Shown: piece after piece, positions 41,178-51,647 of the stretch
How the letters are laid out: the number at the start of each line of letters is the position of its first letter
How positions within the stretch are numbered: the first letter of the stretch is position 1
IMG/VR virus record: IMGVR_UViG_3300003937_000325
Direction: 5' to 3' (one strand)
DNA: 64,000 nt
From: a virus
Lineage: Duplodnaviria > Caudoviricetes
Notes under the pieces: model-generated
Seen by the model: only the letters and a program-made list of their open reading frames with translations
Told to the model about the DNA's origin: nothing
The model's database searches: none
Translations under genes and position numbers: made by a program

Positions 41178-42855
41178 TCAAAAAATAATTGATAGTTTTT
41201 TATTTTATAATGAATTAGATTTACTAGAATTAAGACTTGAAGAGTTGTATGACCATGTTGACTTATTTTTAATTGTAGAGTCAACTAAAACTTTTACGGG
41301 AAAGGATAAACCATTATATTTTAAAGAGAATATTAATCGTTTTTCAAAGTGGAAAGATAAGATAAAACATTATATTGTTAAAGATACTCCAACAATAGTT
41401 AGTGAAAATATAATACAATCCCACACCACTATTGATTCTCAAAAAACTATAGAGTTCTATCGAGAGTCACACCAAAGAAACTCTATAGGTTTAGCACTAA
41501 AAGAATTAAAACTTAATTTTGAAGACATTATCATAGTTTCCGATGTTGATGAATTTCCTAATCATAAAATTTTTAACAAATTATCTGATGATTTACCATA
41601 TGGTCCTGTAATTTTTAAACAAAAATGGTTAGTATGGAATACTAAATTAGAAAAAATGCATTACTGGTTAGGTTCTACCGCTTTTTATTACTCTCATTAT
41701 ATATCAAATAATAAAATATTTCAAAAAATTAGAGATGATAGATGGTCAGAGTATGAAGACACCCGTTTCACAATTAAAGAGAATGGGGGGTTCCATTTCT
41801 CTTGGTTTGGGGATTTTAATTTTATAAGACAGAAATTAAATGCTTTCTCACACACCGAACTATTGACTGAATTTTGGGACGATGATAATAACATCACTAA
41901 CTTAATTAAAGACATGTACGCGTCGAATGGTATAGATAAAGATGGTACTACCGGTAAACTAAAACCTTTTACTCAAGATAATTATGATTTACCTAAAATA
42001 TGGGATAAGATTAAAAACACAGAAATTAACATTAAACAACCAAAAATTTACGATTGTTTTTTATTTGACCATGAATTAGATATGTTAAATTTGAGGTTAC
42101 ATGAGATGAATAACTATGTTGACCATTTCATATTAATCGAATCTAGAAATAGTCATACAGGTAAAGATAAAGAGTTATTTTTTCAAAAACATAAAGGTTT
42201 ATTTTCTAAATTTTTACACAAAATTGAACATGTAGTGATTGATTTACCAAATGAAATTTTATATGAACCTCACCCATTAGGTGTAAATGACGAGGATAAT
42301 CTCAATAAATTTAGAGAAAACTATAATAGAAACGCAATAAAAGATACTTTAGAAAGAATAATACCTAACGATGATGATGTAATATTAATCTCAGATGTGG
42401 ATGAAATATGGGACAATGACATACTGAGTAGACTTAAAAATAATCAAGTAACTTTTGACACTTTTAAAACTATACTTCAAAGATGGCACTATTGGAATTT
42501 TAAATGGGATTTTGAAAATATGTTTTGGCCAGGACCCGCCTTTTGTAGATGGTCTTATTTAAAGAGTACAACACCACAAAAAATAAGAAATGTTAGGTAT
42601 GAACAAGAAACACATCTTAATGATATTAATGGGTGGCATTTATCATGGTTTGGTAATGTTGAATGTAATATGCATAAATTAAGAAATACCCATCACCAAG
42701 AATTAAATATACATGATAAAGAATCAGTACGTAATATGATTAATAATGGTTATCTATTTGATGGTGAAAAAATGGTTAGTTTAGAATGGGACTACTACCC
42801 AAAATATAGACATTTGATTGAAGATGGTAAGTTATATAAAAATATTCATGAATAA
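41170..42855 (+). CDS. Tandem two-domain GT17-like glycosyltransferase
   Basis: Two copies of (I)D.FLF..ELD.L.LRL.E....VD.F..(V/I)ES...TGKDK, SDVDE and G(F/W)H.SWFG. Confidence 0.85.
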   Translation: MINQKIIDSFLFYNELDLLELRLEELYDHVDLFLIVESTKTFTGKDKPLYFKENINRFSKWKDKIKHYIVKDTPTIVSENIIQSHTTIDSQKTIEFYRESHQRNSIGLALKELKLNFEDIIIVSDVDEFPNHKIFNKLSDDLPYGPVIFKQKWLVWNTKLEKMHYWLGSTAFYYSHYISNNKIFQKIRDDRWSEYEDTRFTIKENGGFHFSWFGDFNFIRQKLNAFSHTELLTEFWDDDNNITNLIKDMYASNGIDKDGTTGKLKPFTQDNYDLPKIWDKIKNTEINIKQPKIYDCFLFDHELDMLNLRLHEMNNYVDHFILIESRNSHTGKDKELFFQKHKGLFSKFLHKIEHVVIDLPNEILYEPHPLGVNDEDNLNKFRENYNRNAIKDTLERIIPNDDDVILISDVDEIWDNDILSRLKNNQVTFDTFKTILQRWHYWNFKWDFENMFWPGPAFCRWSYLKSTTPQKIRNVRYEQETHLNDINGWHLSWFGNVECNMHKLRNTHHQELNIHDKESVRNMINNGYLFDGEKMVSLEWDYYPKYRHLIEDGKLYKNIHE

Positions 42856-42858
42856 AAA

Positions 42859-42880
42859 AAGGACGGTTAAAACCGTCCTT
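42859..42880. terminator. Bidirectional intrinsic terminator
   Basis: AAGGACGGTT-aa-AACCGTCCTT between convergent genes. Confidence 0.7.
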
Positions 42881-42913
42881 TAATAATTTTCGAATAGAAC
42901 CGAAAGTTATTTA

Positions 42914-43750
42914 TTAATTAAATTTATTAAATCTATTAAACATTTCTCTTATTGTTTTTCTATCCTTATCAAACGACTCATGTAAGTCCTCATCAACTTC
43001 TTCGTACATAGAACCACATTCCACACATTCACCTTCATCAAGTTCAGAACCACACTGTTCACAAGTATCACACTCTTCACCCATCTCTTTTGATAATGAA
43101 AAAATCTTACCAATAGGTTTATCCATTTTAGCTACGGTTACTAAACTTTCGTCAGTCTCACCACAACCCTCACACATTTCTTCATCTATTGTCTTTGAGT
43201 CTGTTTCAACAAAACCTATTGACATGTTGGTAACTTGTTCACCATATACATCAGCATCACCACCCTGTGAATCAAACTCATACGCGGAATCTTCATCATT
43301 AAATTTTTCTTTTCCGTCCATGTGAGTATCCATCATACTCTCCTCATCATGATATTCTGCGGGTGACATATCACCACCAAACATTTTCATTATGGAATCA
43401 ATATCTAAACCATATGAATCATCAGAATAAGAACCATCAAATTGTTCAGGTCCACCTGAATCATAATCGTAAGCTGAATCCACATTAGATAAATCCATGT
43501 CGTCAGCCTCCATTTCGTTAGTTTCTTTTTTTGATTTTACCTTCGATTCATTCACATTATGATTACGATAAGTTTTTACGTTACCTTGATTATCAACAGT
43601 GATACCCCCATCGTCTTTAATACTATTATCAACCGTTAATGGTTGTAAATTACTTGGTACGTTACCTGTGGCATAACCATTATAAAATGATGAATGATTT
43701 TGAAGAATAGAATTTCTTTCTTCGTCTGATATTGTCATATAATTTCTCAT
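42914..43750 (-). CDS. Acidic protein with CxxC motifs, candidate internal head protein
   Basis: CEGC, CDTCEQC, CVEC motifs; acidic repeats (SAYDYDSGG / SAYEFDSQG); TATTTATA at 43766-43773. Confidence 0.65.
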   Translation of the reverse strand: MRNYMTISDEERNSILQNHSSFYNGYATGNVPSNLQPLTVDNSIKDDGGITVDNQGNVKTYRNHNVNESKVKSKKETNEMEADDMDLSNVDSAYDYDSGGPEQFDGSYSDDSYGLDIDSIMKMFGGDMSPAEYHDEESMMDTHMDGKEKFNDEDSAYEFDSQGGDADVYGEQVTNMSIGFVETDSKTIDEEMCEGCGETDESLVTVAKMDKPIGKIFSLSKEMGEECDTCEQCGSELDEGECVECGSMYEEVDEDLHESFDKDRKTIREMFNRFNKFN

Positions 43751-43837
43751 AATCTTTGTTTTTACTATAAATATGTTGATATATTCATTTCTCGTTTGAC
43801 ATAGTAAACGGATTAAGTTATATTTTAAATAAAAACT

Positions 43838-44095
43838 ATGAATAGAGAAGAAATAGATGAAATTGCTGAAGGAGCAATTGTTATGGATGGATTTGATGAT
43901 TGTATCGTTGGAGTTAGCGAAGAATTTGGTCGTGGAACAAGAATTGTGTATTCAAAACAACGTATAATTCAAAAAATGGTAAAAACTGACCTTATGACTG
44001 AGGAAGAGGCCGATGAATATTTTTATTTTAATATGGTAGGTGGTCATTTCGGTGAAAGAAACCCAATTTTCTTAACTACTTCTATGGCAGTTTAA
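43838..44095 (+). CDS. Conserved phage hypothetical protein
   Basis: DGFDDCIVG...RIVYSK...EEADEYF.FN..G..FGERNPIF pattern familiar from phage genomes. Confidence 0.7.
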   Translation: MNREEIDEIAEGAIVMDGFDDCIVGVSEEFGRGTRIVYSKQRIIQKMVKTDLMTEEEADEYFYFNMVGGHFGERNPIFLTTSMAV

Positions 44096-44135
44096 TATTT
44101 TATCCGTATATTTGTTTTAACGAAAAAAACACAAT

Positions 44136-44528
44136 ATGTCAGATTTTATAGAACAATTTAAAGCAGATAAAGGGGTGAGGGACTTAATTAAGAGAAAAGT
44201 CTTAACCTCACAAGATTTAAGAGCATCTTGGAGATATGACTCCCACGACTTGAATTTCAGAATTACTCACATTAAGAGACACAGTGAATGGAGTACCTCA
44301 TTATTTGTTAATGTTGCGGTTTCTGGTGGATTGAAAGGTTGGGGTTGGAGAACTGATGAAAATGGTCTATGTAATATTAATAATACTCGTGACTTTCGTA
44401 GTGCCATCTCAAGAAATCGTGAGATTAGACGTTTTGTTGAAAAGTCGGTAGCACATGAACTTAAACTTTTTGGGATTAAATCGTGGGAGGTTAATATTGG
44501 TAAATTAAATATTAAAGAATCTATTTAA
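44136..44528 (+). CDS. Hypothetical protein (130 aa)
   Basis: Clean ATG ORF downstream of a TATATTTG element (about 44107-44114). Confidence 0.65.
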   Translation: MSDFIEQFKADKGVRDLIKRKVLTSQDLRASWRYDSHDLNFRITHIKRHSEWSTSLFVNVAVSGGLKGWGWRTDENGLCNINNTRDFRSAISRNREIRRFVEKSVAHELKLFGIKSWEVNIGKLNIKESI

Positions 44529-45164
44529 TTATCTACCGAACATCATCATATAGTATTTAAGAGCCTTACTAGTTAGGGTTCTTATTTTTTTCTCTAAATT
44601 TCTATTCGAATAGTCATCGGTCCCTTCGTCTTCAACCATTTTCATAGCCATTCTAATAAATTCATCTCTTGTTTGTTGAGACATCTTCATTAACTCCTCA
44701 ACCATGTCTTCATCATATTCTCTACCTGACTTCATTTCTTCAAATTCAATAAATTTTTGAAGATATTTTGGTCCAGAGACTAAAAATTGACCTGATTCGA
44801 ACATATTAACTAAACCTGACTCCCTAATCTTACTTAAAAAGTCAAAGAATATTTTTTCATTAGAATACTTAAAAATTTCTTTAAGACTTATTAGGTTATC
44901 TAAATTTGGGTTATTATGAGCTTCTTTGATATTTGTTTTTAAATCTCTCTCCATCATCCATATGTCCTCTGAAGACACTAAAGATAATGATGAACCATTT
45001 TCCCATTTAACTGAAATTATCTCCTCACCCTCATCAAACGGGTCTTTAGTGACGTTATTTACCACACCTTTAGTACCACCAGGAACTGGTGAATATGGGT
45101 CTTTCATATAAATTAAAATTATATTATCACCTTCCTTTACACTTGGGTTTACATCTTTAGCCAT
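44529..45164 (-). CDS. DUF4314-like / DUF5049-like fusion
   Basis: N-terminal MKDPYSPVPGGTKGVV...VKWENGSSLSL (DUF4314-like); C-terminal IRESGLVNMF (DUF5049-like). Confidence 0.7.
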   Translation of the reverse strand: MAKDVNPSVKEGDNIILIYMKDPYSPVPGGTKGVVNNVTKDPFDEGEEIISVKWENGSSLSLVSSEDIWMMERDLKTNIKEAHNNPNLDNLISLKEIFKYSNEKIFFDFLSKIRESGLVNMFESGQFLVSGPKYLQKFIEFEEMKSGREYDEDMVEELMKMSQQTRDEFIRMAMKMVEDEGTDDYSNRNLEKKIRTLTSKALKYYMMMFGR

Positions 45165-45237
45165 TTAAAGTCTTTTAAAATAAATATAACGTATAACAGT
45201 TTAGTATTAGTGACATATTTATAATAAAACATTACAA

Positions 45238-45867
45238 GTGAAAGTTTTAGTTACAGAAGAACAATATCAAGTATTATTAAACGAGAGAATCGGAGAACAA
45301 GTAACGTCTACCTTAAAAAGGTTAGATAAATTACTTAAAAAAATAATTACAGACGTAAAACAACAATTTGGTATTAGTACTAAATTCGCCCTGACTTACG
45401 GAGCAGGTATCGGTGCACTTATGGAGCCTGTTGAAAAATACCTTAATGGTCAGTTTACAGGTTTAGAATCTTGGCAGGTATCCTCATTGGTTATTGCCGC
45501 AATATCTATCGTTTATTTTGAAGGTAAAGAGTACGATAAACTCAGAAAAGATATTGAACAACAAGGTTTAGATGATGAATTAAAGTCTGCGGTTAGTAAA
45601 ACTCAACAACTTAAAGATAAATTTAGTGCAATGTTAAGCGTTCTTGGTATTAGTGTGTATAGAGGTGGAGATATATTAGCATACACTTTTTTATTACCTA
45701 TTTTAGGTATGATTATTAATGTCGCAAATACCTTTGGTTTTGATTCTGTAGAAATGGCAACATTAACAACATCATTAGTTCATTCAGGTCTTATAACTGT
45801 TTCGTCAGTAGTCTTTAGAGACGTAATGCAGAAAATTGCTAGTAAGTTATCTAGTCGACATCGATAA
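45238..45867 (+). CDS. Hydrophobic protein with (I/L)xE leader
   Basis: MKVLVTEEQYQVLLNE start; several hydrophobic helices; TATTTATA at 45216-45223. Confidence 0.65.
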   Translation: MKVLVTEEQYQVLLNERIGEQVTSTLKRLDKLLKKIITDVKQQFGISTKFALTYGAGIGALMEPVEKYLNGQFTGLESWQVSSLVIAAISIVYFEGKEYDKLRKDIEQQGLDDELKSAVSKTQQLKDKFSAMLSVLGISVYRGGDILAYTFLLPILGMIINVANTFGFDSVEMATLTTSLVHSGLITVSSVVFRDVMQKIASKLSSRHR

Positions 45868-46183
45868 AATTAAAATCTTTATCGACCTCATAGTAGTGTA
45901 CACTCATTGAGTAGTATAGGTCTTTAACTTTATTTTTTTCTCTTAGTTTACCAATCTGTTTTCTTTTGTCAGATTCACCCATCATTATACCGATAACTTT
46001 TTTACCTTTTGGTGGTTTATATTCAGTCGGTAAACTAACAGTGACTGGTACTGGTTTAATAAAATCTAAAATACTATTAATTAATTTTGTTTTTGTACCT
46101 GTACGGTGAAGAGAGTACTCTTTACAGATTAGTTTAATTTCAACTAATGATAACTTCTTTAAATTTTCTCGCGTGTGTTCCAT
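45851..46183 (-). CDS. SAP-like DNA-binding domain protein
   Basis: LKKLSLVEIKLICKEYSLHRTGTKTKLINSI matches the SAP motif. Confidence 0.65.
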   Translation of the reverse strand: MEHTRENLKKLSLVEIKLICKEYSLHRTGTKTKLINSILDFIKPVPVTVSLPTEYKPPKGKKVIGIMMGESDKRKQIGKLREKNKVKDLYYSMSVHYYEVDKDFNFIDVD

Positions 46184-46230
46184 ATAACAAAGATACGGAT
46201 TTTATCTTAATAAAAAAAATGCAATATAAT

Positions 46231-46698
46231 TTAATCGGGAATATGTACTATATTTTTTACACTAAACCAATTATATTCGAAACCATATTTTGCTTTAGCA
46301 TTATATTCATCATTGTGATTAGTCCAATCAAAACTACATGAACTTAAAAAACCAACCATATCATCACCCTCATCATCGGAGGTTTTAGTTACAAATTCCA
46401 TATTTTCATTTAAGTGATAATCACCAAATGTATTTATCACTGCGGATAAAATTTTATCTAATTCTTTACATAATGGTCCGTGGTCTGGGTCATCTACCAT
46501 GAAAGGAATTTCAACTTCAAAATAAACTGTACCGTTTTGATTAGCACCATATATTTTAGTTATTAAATTTGTCGCTTTTAATTTCCTAAGTAGTGGGGAT
46601 TTACTTTCAACTACGTACAATAGTATTTGTACGGCTCTTCTAGCTACACCTCTAAATTCTTCTTCACTTTTAAATTCCATATCTTTTTTCGTATTCAT
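46231..46698 (-). CDS. Hypothetical protein (155 aa)
   Basis: Clean ORF overlapping the upstream gene. Confidence 0.6.
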   Translation of the reverse strand: MNTKKDMEFKSEEEFRGVARRAVQILLYVVESKSPLLRKLKATNLITKIYGANQNGTVYFEVEIPFMVDDPDHGPLCKELDKILSAVINTFGDYHLNENMEFVTKTSDDEGDDMVGFLSSCSFDWTNHNDEYNAKAKYGFEYNWFSVKNIVHIPD

Positions 46699-47527
46699 CA
46701 GATAAGAAAGAGATTAACTCTAACGAATCTTTATCATTTAGTTGATGTGCGTACTGACTTCTTTTAAACCAATCACCTATAACTTGTTTAATTGGTTGAT
46801 TACGAAGTTTAGCGACTCTTATAATACCTTTAAGTTCTGCAGGTATTTCGTGACTTTGTTTATAATACTCTTTACCTGTTGGGTCTTCATCCCCCTCTTC
46901 TTTAAAATGTATTTCATTATCAGGTCTCATATAATTTTCTTGAAATATATGTTCTATTTCGTGAGCAACTACGTCATTTATATCTGCAATTAAATCGTAC
47001 ATAAGTGAAGGGTAATGTTCAGGATTAATAATTATTAGTACTGAAATTGTATCTCCGTCAGACATTAATGCCCCATTAATCATGTAGGGTTCTTTTATAC
47101 TATAATCGGCATTGTAAGTTAATTCTATGGAGAATGACGGTATATTGTACGACCTACTTATGTTTAACTTTTTAAAGTCATTATCAAAGTCATATTCAAT
47201 TTCATTCGTTTCAGTGATGTCTTCAGGTAAAAAGTATTCACCATAATTTTCACTTTTAACAATATTTGTTATGTCTCTAACTATACGTCTAATTGGTTCA
47301 TTAATACCCTTAGCCTCATTTATGATGTTAGACTCATTGATAGATTCTTTAACAGTTAATAGTAACTCATTTGTAATAGTTTCGGGATTTTCGTCTTCAT
47401 AAAACCCTGTTTTTATTCTAAAATAGTTGTTCTTACCTAAATTACGCGCATAAGACTCAGAACCTACACTATTAGTTATAGTTTCTATAATACCATCATA
47501 ATAATCTTGAAATTCATTACTTATCAT
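46670..47527 (-). CDS. Zincin-like (HExxH) protein
   Basis: VVAHEIEHIFQ...YY...HEIPA; ATG at 47527 preferred (TATTTATT immediately upstream). Confidence 0.65.
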   Translation of the reverse strand: MISNEFQDYYDGIIETITNSVGSESYARNLGKNNYFRIKTGFYEDENPETITNELLLTVKESINESNIINEAKGINEPIRRIVRDITNIVKSENYGEYFLPEDITETNEIEYDFDNDFKKLNISRSYNIPSFSIELTYNADYSIKEPYMINGALMSDGDTISVLIIINPEHYPSLMYDLIADINDVVAHEIEHIFQENYMRPDNEIHFKEEGDEDPTGKEYYKQSHEIPAELKGIIRVAKLRNQPIKQVIGDWFKRSQYAHQLNDKDSLELISFLSDEYEKRYGI

Positions 47528-47540
47528 ACTAATAAATATA

Positions 47541-48023
47541 TCAGTATCTGTTAAGTAGAAAAGGAATTGATAAACCCGCACCAAATTCTATAGTATTAGA
47601 AACATTTAGAATCAAAGCGATGTCTATTGAACGTGAATTTTGAGTAATAAGTTTAATTGGGTGTAGTCTAATCATTACATCGGGGTAAAAATCCGCAGGT
47701 TCACTTGTATAAAGAACCATTTTACCCCCAACCCCTACATTGATACCGTTTCTTAAAAATCCATAATTAATACCTAACCTATTTGGGTAGGCTCCCGTTT
47801 GATTTATAATCGGGACCCCTCCAGTGTTAATTATATTTAATTGGCCCGTAGTATATATTCCCCATGGGGCATATGGGTTACGACTATTGATTACAGATGT
47901 GTTAATATTATCTGTGGAAAGAAATAAGTCTCCACTACCAAATAACACACCAACCGTAGATGATTGTGAATAAACATTAGATATTGTCAGAAAAAATGTA
48001 ATAATAATTGTAGTAAATCTCAT
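47541..48023 (-). CDS. Secreted / outer-membrane beta-rich protein
   Basis: Signal peptide MRFTTIIITFFLTISNVYS; alternating Gly/hydrophobic strands. Confidence 0.55.
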   Translation of the reverse strand: MRFTTIIITFFLTISNVYSQSSTVGVLFGSGDLFLSTDNINTSVINSRNPYAPWGIYTTGQLNIINTGGVPIINQTGAYPNRLGINYGFLRNGINVGVGGKMVLYTSEPADFYPDVMIRLHPIKLITQNSRSIDIALILNVSNTIEFGAGLSIPFLLNRY

Positions 48024-48076
48024 AAATGTTTTTTTTTAATAAAACAAATATAACCACAAAATTTTAAATAAACAAA

Positions 48077-48928
48077 TTACAGACTCTTTAACATTTCAAT
48101 TAAAGGTGGATAAGGGTAAACGTCAAATTTGTCCTTACGATAATTGGTATGACTCCATATCCCAACACCCCCATGATTTGCTAACTTGTTAAATTCAAAT
48201 GGTCCCCAATCACTTCTATCAGCATCATTGTATGTTCTTACAGCGTACTTGGTATTTCCTCCGTTAAGTCCATCTTCGGTTAAAACTTTACCATTTAATC
48301 CTAAGTAACCTTTTTCATTTAAAAATTGTTGTTTCTCCAAAACATTTAAACCTTTAAATGATTGTTTAGTATCAAACAGTTCAACCATACCTTTACAAAC
48401 ATCAATACCATATTCTAAACTATATTTATCTATCAAAAATTTAACAGACTCTATTTGTTTGTCGGTATATTTTTGATAGTATCGATATCCTCTCCAATTT
48501 TTACCTAAATCTACAACATCCTCTTCAGGTACTTTACTATTAACATATGTGAAATATTCCCCCTTAACTGATTTTACTAATGGACCATAGTTACAAATTT
48601 CTATACCTATAGATTGTTCATTTAACTCTCTATTATTAGAATTCTTAGTACCTAAATGATGTGCCCATTGTTCAACAGGTAATCCTTGTACTATAACACC
48701 ATCCCAATCTGTATTACCATCTCTAGTAGATTTTCCTCCAACAACAAATTGAGTGGCAACTCTTAATGGTCTACCACCTTTAGTCCTGTCTCTATCCCAT
48801 GAACTAAATACCCAATCTGGTCTGTGACTACCTGCCGTGTGGTGTAAAACTATAGTCTTTTTGTCTGTTTTATTTGAATAATACTCATCCCCCTCTAAAT
48901 ATTGTTTTTTTATATCAATTTTTTTCAT
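48077..48928 (-). CDS. N-acetylmuramoyl-L-alanine amidase (Amidase_2), probable endolysin
   Basis: IVLHHTAG, SIGIEICN, SHTNYRKDKFD zinc ligands; inserted PG-binding-like segment QQFLNEKGY...DGLNGGNT..AV. Confidence 0.85.
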   Translation of the reverse strand: MKKIDIKKQYLEGDEYYSNKTDKKTIVLHHTAGSHRPDWVFSSWDRDRTKGGRPLRVATQFVVGGKSTRDGNTDWDGVIVQGLPVEQWAHHLGTKNSNNRELNEQSIGIEICNYGPLVKSVKGEYFTYVNSKVPEEDVVDLGKNWRGYRYYQKYTDKQIESVKFLIDKYSLEYGIDVCKGMVELFDTKQSFKGLNVLEKQQFLNEKGYLGLNGKVLTEDGLNGGNTKYAVRTYNDADRSDWGPFEFNKLANHGGVGIWSHTNYRKDKFDVYPYPPLIEMLKSL

Positions 48929-48960
48929 ATCTTTGTCTATGTATAATAATAAATATAACT

Positions 48961-49386
48961 ATGAACAATATTAATTTTTTTGCAGATAGACTTAGAAAAA
49001 TAGGTGACGAAGCACTAAAGGAAGCCTTGTACCTAAATTTGAATGTTAACGAAGTTTTATTATCCTATGAAATTGCGGGAATTCCTTCACCAATTATGAT
49101 TAAGAGAAATACGTGGGCCGACATGGAAAGAGGATGGGGTAACGGTTACGTTAAAATTATTCCCTCACATAAAGACCACGGAAAGGGTTATGACGATATT
49201 GATGTAAGTGTACATGGAGGTTTAACATTTTCAGAAACCATACTATCAGGTGATGAATGGCCTGAAGGTCATTGGGTAGGTTTCGATACCGCACACTCAG
49301 GTGATGACATCAGATTGTGGCCTAAAGAATCTGTTTTAGATGAAACTAAAGATTTATTTAGTCAAATTTATAAAATTAAAAGATAG
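48961..49386 (+). CDS. Conserved phage hypothetical protein
   Basis: WGNGYV.I...H...GKGYDDIDVSVHGGLTFS...VGFDTAH pattern; ATG at 48961. Confidence 0.75.
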   Translation: MNNINFFADRLRKIGDEALKEALYLNLNVNEVLLSYEIAGIPSPIMIKRNTWADMERGWGNGYVKIIPSHKDHGKGYDDIDVSVHGGLTFSETILSGDEWPEGHWVGFDTAHSGDDIRLWPKESVLDETKDLFSQIYKIKR

Positions 49387-49393
49387 TGAATTT

Positions 49394-49987
49394 ATGAAGA
49401 TTTTATTTAAACTATTTTTAATATTTTTAAGTTTACCATTACATAGTCAAACATTAACTATTGAGAATGATACTATAAAAACTGATATATTTGATGTTGT
49501 ATACTCTGAAGAATTGGAACAACCCTTATGGATATCATATAAAGTATTATGTCCGATGGGAACTCAAAGTAGAAGTGGTTTAAATTTCTATACAAACGAT
49601 AGTATTCAAACCTCAGATATTGATGATTATAAAGACAATGTTTGGGATAGAGGCCATTTAGCTCCCGCGGCCGCGTTTAACTGCGATAGGGAAACACTTA
49701 AAAAAACATTTACATATTTAAATTGTGTTCTACAACATGAAGGATTAAATCGTGGACCGTGGAGAGAATTAGAAGAGTTTGAAAGAGGATTATCAAAAGT
49801 TTATGATAATGTTTGGGTAGAAATCATAGTAAAGTTCGAAGGTGAACTTGAAAAAGTATTAGGCGGAGCAACAATTCCTTCAGGGTTTTTAAAGACCATA
49901 AAATTTGACAATAAGGAAATAATGTTTTACTTTCCTAATATTGACGTTTCTGGTGAGGACTGGGGACACTTTAAAGTAATGAATTAA
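49394..49987 (+). CDS. Secreted DNA/RNA non-specific endonuclease (NucA/EndA-like)
   Basis: DRGHLAPAA, N...Q..GLNRGPW.ELE; signal peptide from ATG 49394. Confidence 0.9.
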   Translation: MKILFKLFLIFLSLPLHSQTLTIENDTIKTDIFDVVYSEELEQPLWISYKVLCPMGTQSRSGLNFYTNDSIQTSDIDDYKDNVWDRGHLAPAAAFNCDRETLKKTFTYLNCVLQHEGLNRGPWRELEEFERGLSKVYDNVWVEIIVKFEGELEKVLGGATIPSGFLKTIKFDNKEIMFYFPNIDVSGEDWGHFKVMN

Positions 49988-49988
49988 A

Positions 49989-50390
49989 ATGAGTAAAAAA
50001 CCAATGGAATTATTAAATACACATCCAATAAAAAAATCTGATTTAGGATTCCACGGTAACTTATTTGGGGGTAAATTATTAGCTTGGTTAGATGCAAGTG
50101 CCGCCGCGTTTGCTATGCAAGTTGCTGATACCCCACGAATGGTTACTGTCAAGATTGATGAATGTATTTTTAAAAAACCGGCTAAAGAGGGTCAACTAAT
50201 AAAAATGTATGGTGAGGTAGAAAGTATTGGTACCACATCATTAACTCTTTACATGGAAGCACGTTCACATAATGTTTACTCAGGTAATCAAACAATTATA
50301 TTATCAACTAAAATTAAATTCGTTAGAATTGATGAAACGGGGGACCCCATCCCAATATCTCAAAGGGTTAAAAATAAATACATTAAATAA
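49989..50390 (+). CDS. Acyl-CoA thioesterase (HotDog, YciA-like)
   Basis: DL..HGNLFGGKLLAWLD..A, VTV.ID...FKKP, VG/IGTTS, FVRIDE.G.P.P. Confidence 0.9.
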   Translation: MSKKPMELLNTHPIKKSDLGFHGNLFGGKLLAWLDASAAAFAMQVADTPRMVTVKIDECIFKKPAKEGQLIKMYGEVESIGTTSLTLYMEARSHNVYSGNQTIILSTKIKFVRIDETGDPIPISQRVKNKYIK

Positions 50391-50407
50391 ATTAAATAAC
50401 AAAAAAA

Positions 50408-50839
50408 ATGAAAGTAGAAAAAGGTAACAATGTTAAAGTTCACTACACGGGAACTTTAGAAGATGGTCAAGAATTTGACAGTTCACATAAACGTGGAGAA
50501 ACCCTTAATTTTGCAGTTGGAACTGGACAAATGATAGCTGGTTTTGATGCCGCAGTTGAAGGTATGGAAGTTGGTGAAGTAAAAGATGTGACTTTAGACC
50601 CAACACAAGCGTATGGTGAAAGAAAAGAGGAGGCAGTAATGCCAGTTAATCGTAAGAACTTCCCTGAAGATTTTAAAGTTGAAATAGGTGGTATGGTTCA
50701 AGGTCAGACTGAACAAGGTATGCCGATTCAAGCAACTATCGTAGGCGAAGATGAAGAAAATCTAATTTTAGATATGAACCACCCACTCGCTGGTAAGTCA
50801 CTAAACTTTAATATTGAATTAGTAGAAATAGGAGAATAA
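50408..50839 (+). CDS. FKBP-type peptidyl-prolyl isomerase (SlyD/FkpB-like, no His-rich tail)
   Basis: VKVHYTGTLEDG.EFDSS, G.GQMIAGFD, AYGE, LDMNHPLAGKSLNF.IEL. Confidence 0.92.
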   Translation: MKVEKGNNVKVHYTGTLEDGQEFDSSHKRGETLNFAVGTGQMIAGFDAAVEGMEVGEVKDVTLDPTQAYGERKEEAVMPVNRKNFPEDFKVEIGGMVQGQTEQGMPIQATIVGEDEENLILDMNHPLAGKSLNFNIELVEIGE

Positions 50840-51276
50840 TGGTTTATTGGTTTACAGGGCAGCCGTCACACGGTAAGACCGTATTGGCTAATATGTTTAA
50901 AGAATCTCATCTACCTACCGCATATAGAATTGATGGTGATGAGATGAGAGAATTGTTTACTAATAAAGATTATTCGATTAAAGGTAGGGTAACTAATGTG
51001 GATGCTGCTCAAAAAATTTCACATTATTTACACAATCAAGGAGATGACGTAATAGTTTCTTTAGTTTCACCTTATATTGACCAAAGAGAAGAGTTTAAAA
51101 AACTATTAGGTAAAGATTTAGTTGAAATTTACATTCATACATCAGAACCTAGAGAAAGAGACCACTTTAGGTCTGATGCGTATGTAGCACCTAAGGAAAA
51201 CTTTATCGATATCGATACCACTGTAGATACACCTGAAGAATCTCTTCAAAAAATTATATCTAAATTAGGATGGTAG
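50839..51276 (+). CDS. cysC: Adenylyl-sulfate (APS) kinase
   Basis: WFTGQPSHGKT P-loop, IDGDEMR, VSLVSPY..R, VEIY, Y.AP; shorter than cellular CysC. Confidence 0.8.
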   Translation: MVYWFTGQPSHGKTVLANMFKESHLPTAYRIDGDEMRELFTNKDYSIKGRVTNVDAAQKISHYLHNQGDDVIVSLVSPYIDQREEFKKLLGKDLVEIYIHTSEPRERDHFRSDAYVAPKENFIDIDTTVDTPEESLQKIISKLGW

Positions 51277-51638
51277 ATAAGAAATCGACAATATTTTGTG
51301 ACATAGATGGAACGATATTCAAATATCGAAAGTTTGAAACGTATGAAACTTCATCTGTAGATGTTTTACCTGAAGTAAAAGAAAAGTTAGAGTCGTGGAG
51401 TAAAGAAGGTCATATGGTAATTTTAACTACCGCACGACCAGATTATCTCTACGACCATACTGTTAAAGAATTGAAAGAGAACGGTATAATCTATGACCGT
51501 TTAATTACAGGAATTGAGAGGGGTCCGAGAATCTTAATTAATGATATGGACCCTAATAAACCGGGTCAACGAGCGTTTGGAGTAAACCTTAATAGAAATG
51601 AGGGATTCAAAGGTATTGATTGGTCTAATTATATTTAA
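51270..51638 (+). CDS. HAD-superfamily phosphatase
   Basis: IFCDIDGT, ILTTAR, YDRLI.G...G.RILIND. Confidence 0.8.
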   Translation: MVDKKSTIFCDIDGTIFKYRKFETYETSSVDVLPEVKEKLESWSKEGHMVILTTARPDYLYDHTVKELKENGIIYDRLITGIERGPRILINDMDPNKPGQRAFGVNLNRNEGFKGIDWSNYI

Positions 51639-51647
51639 ATTTAAATT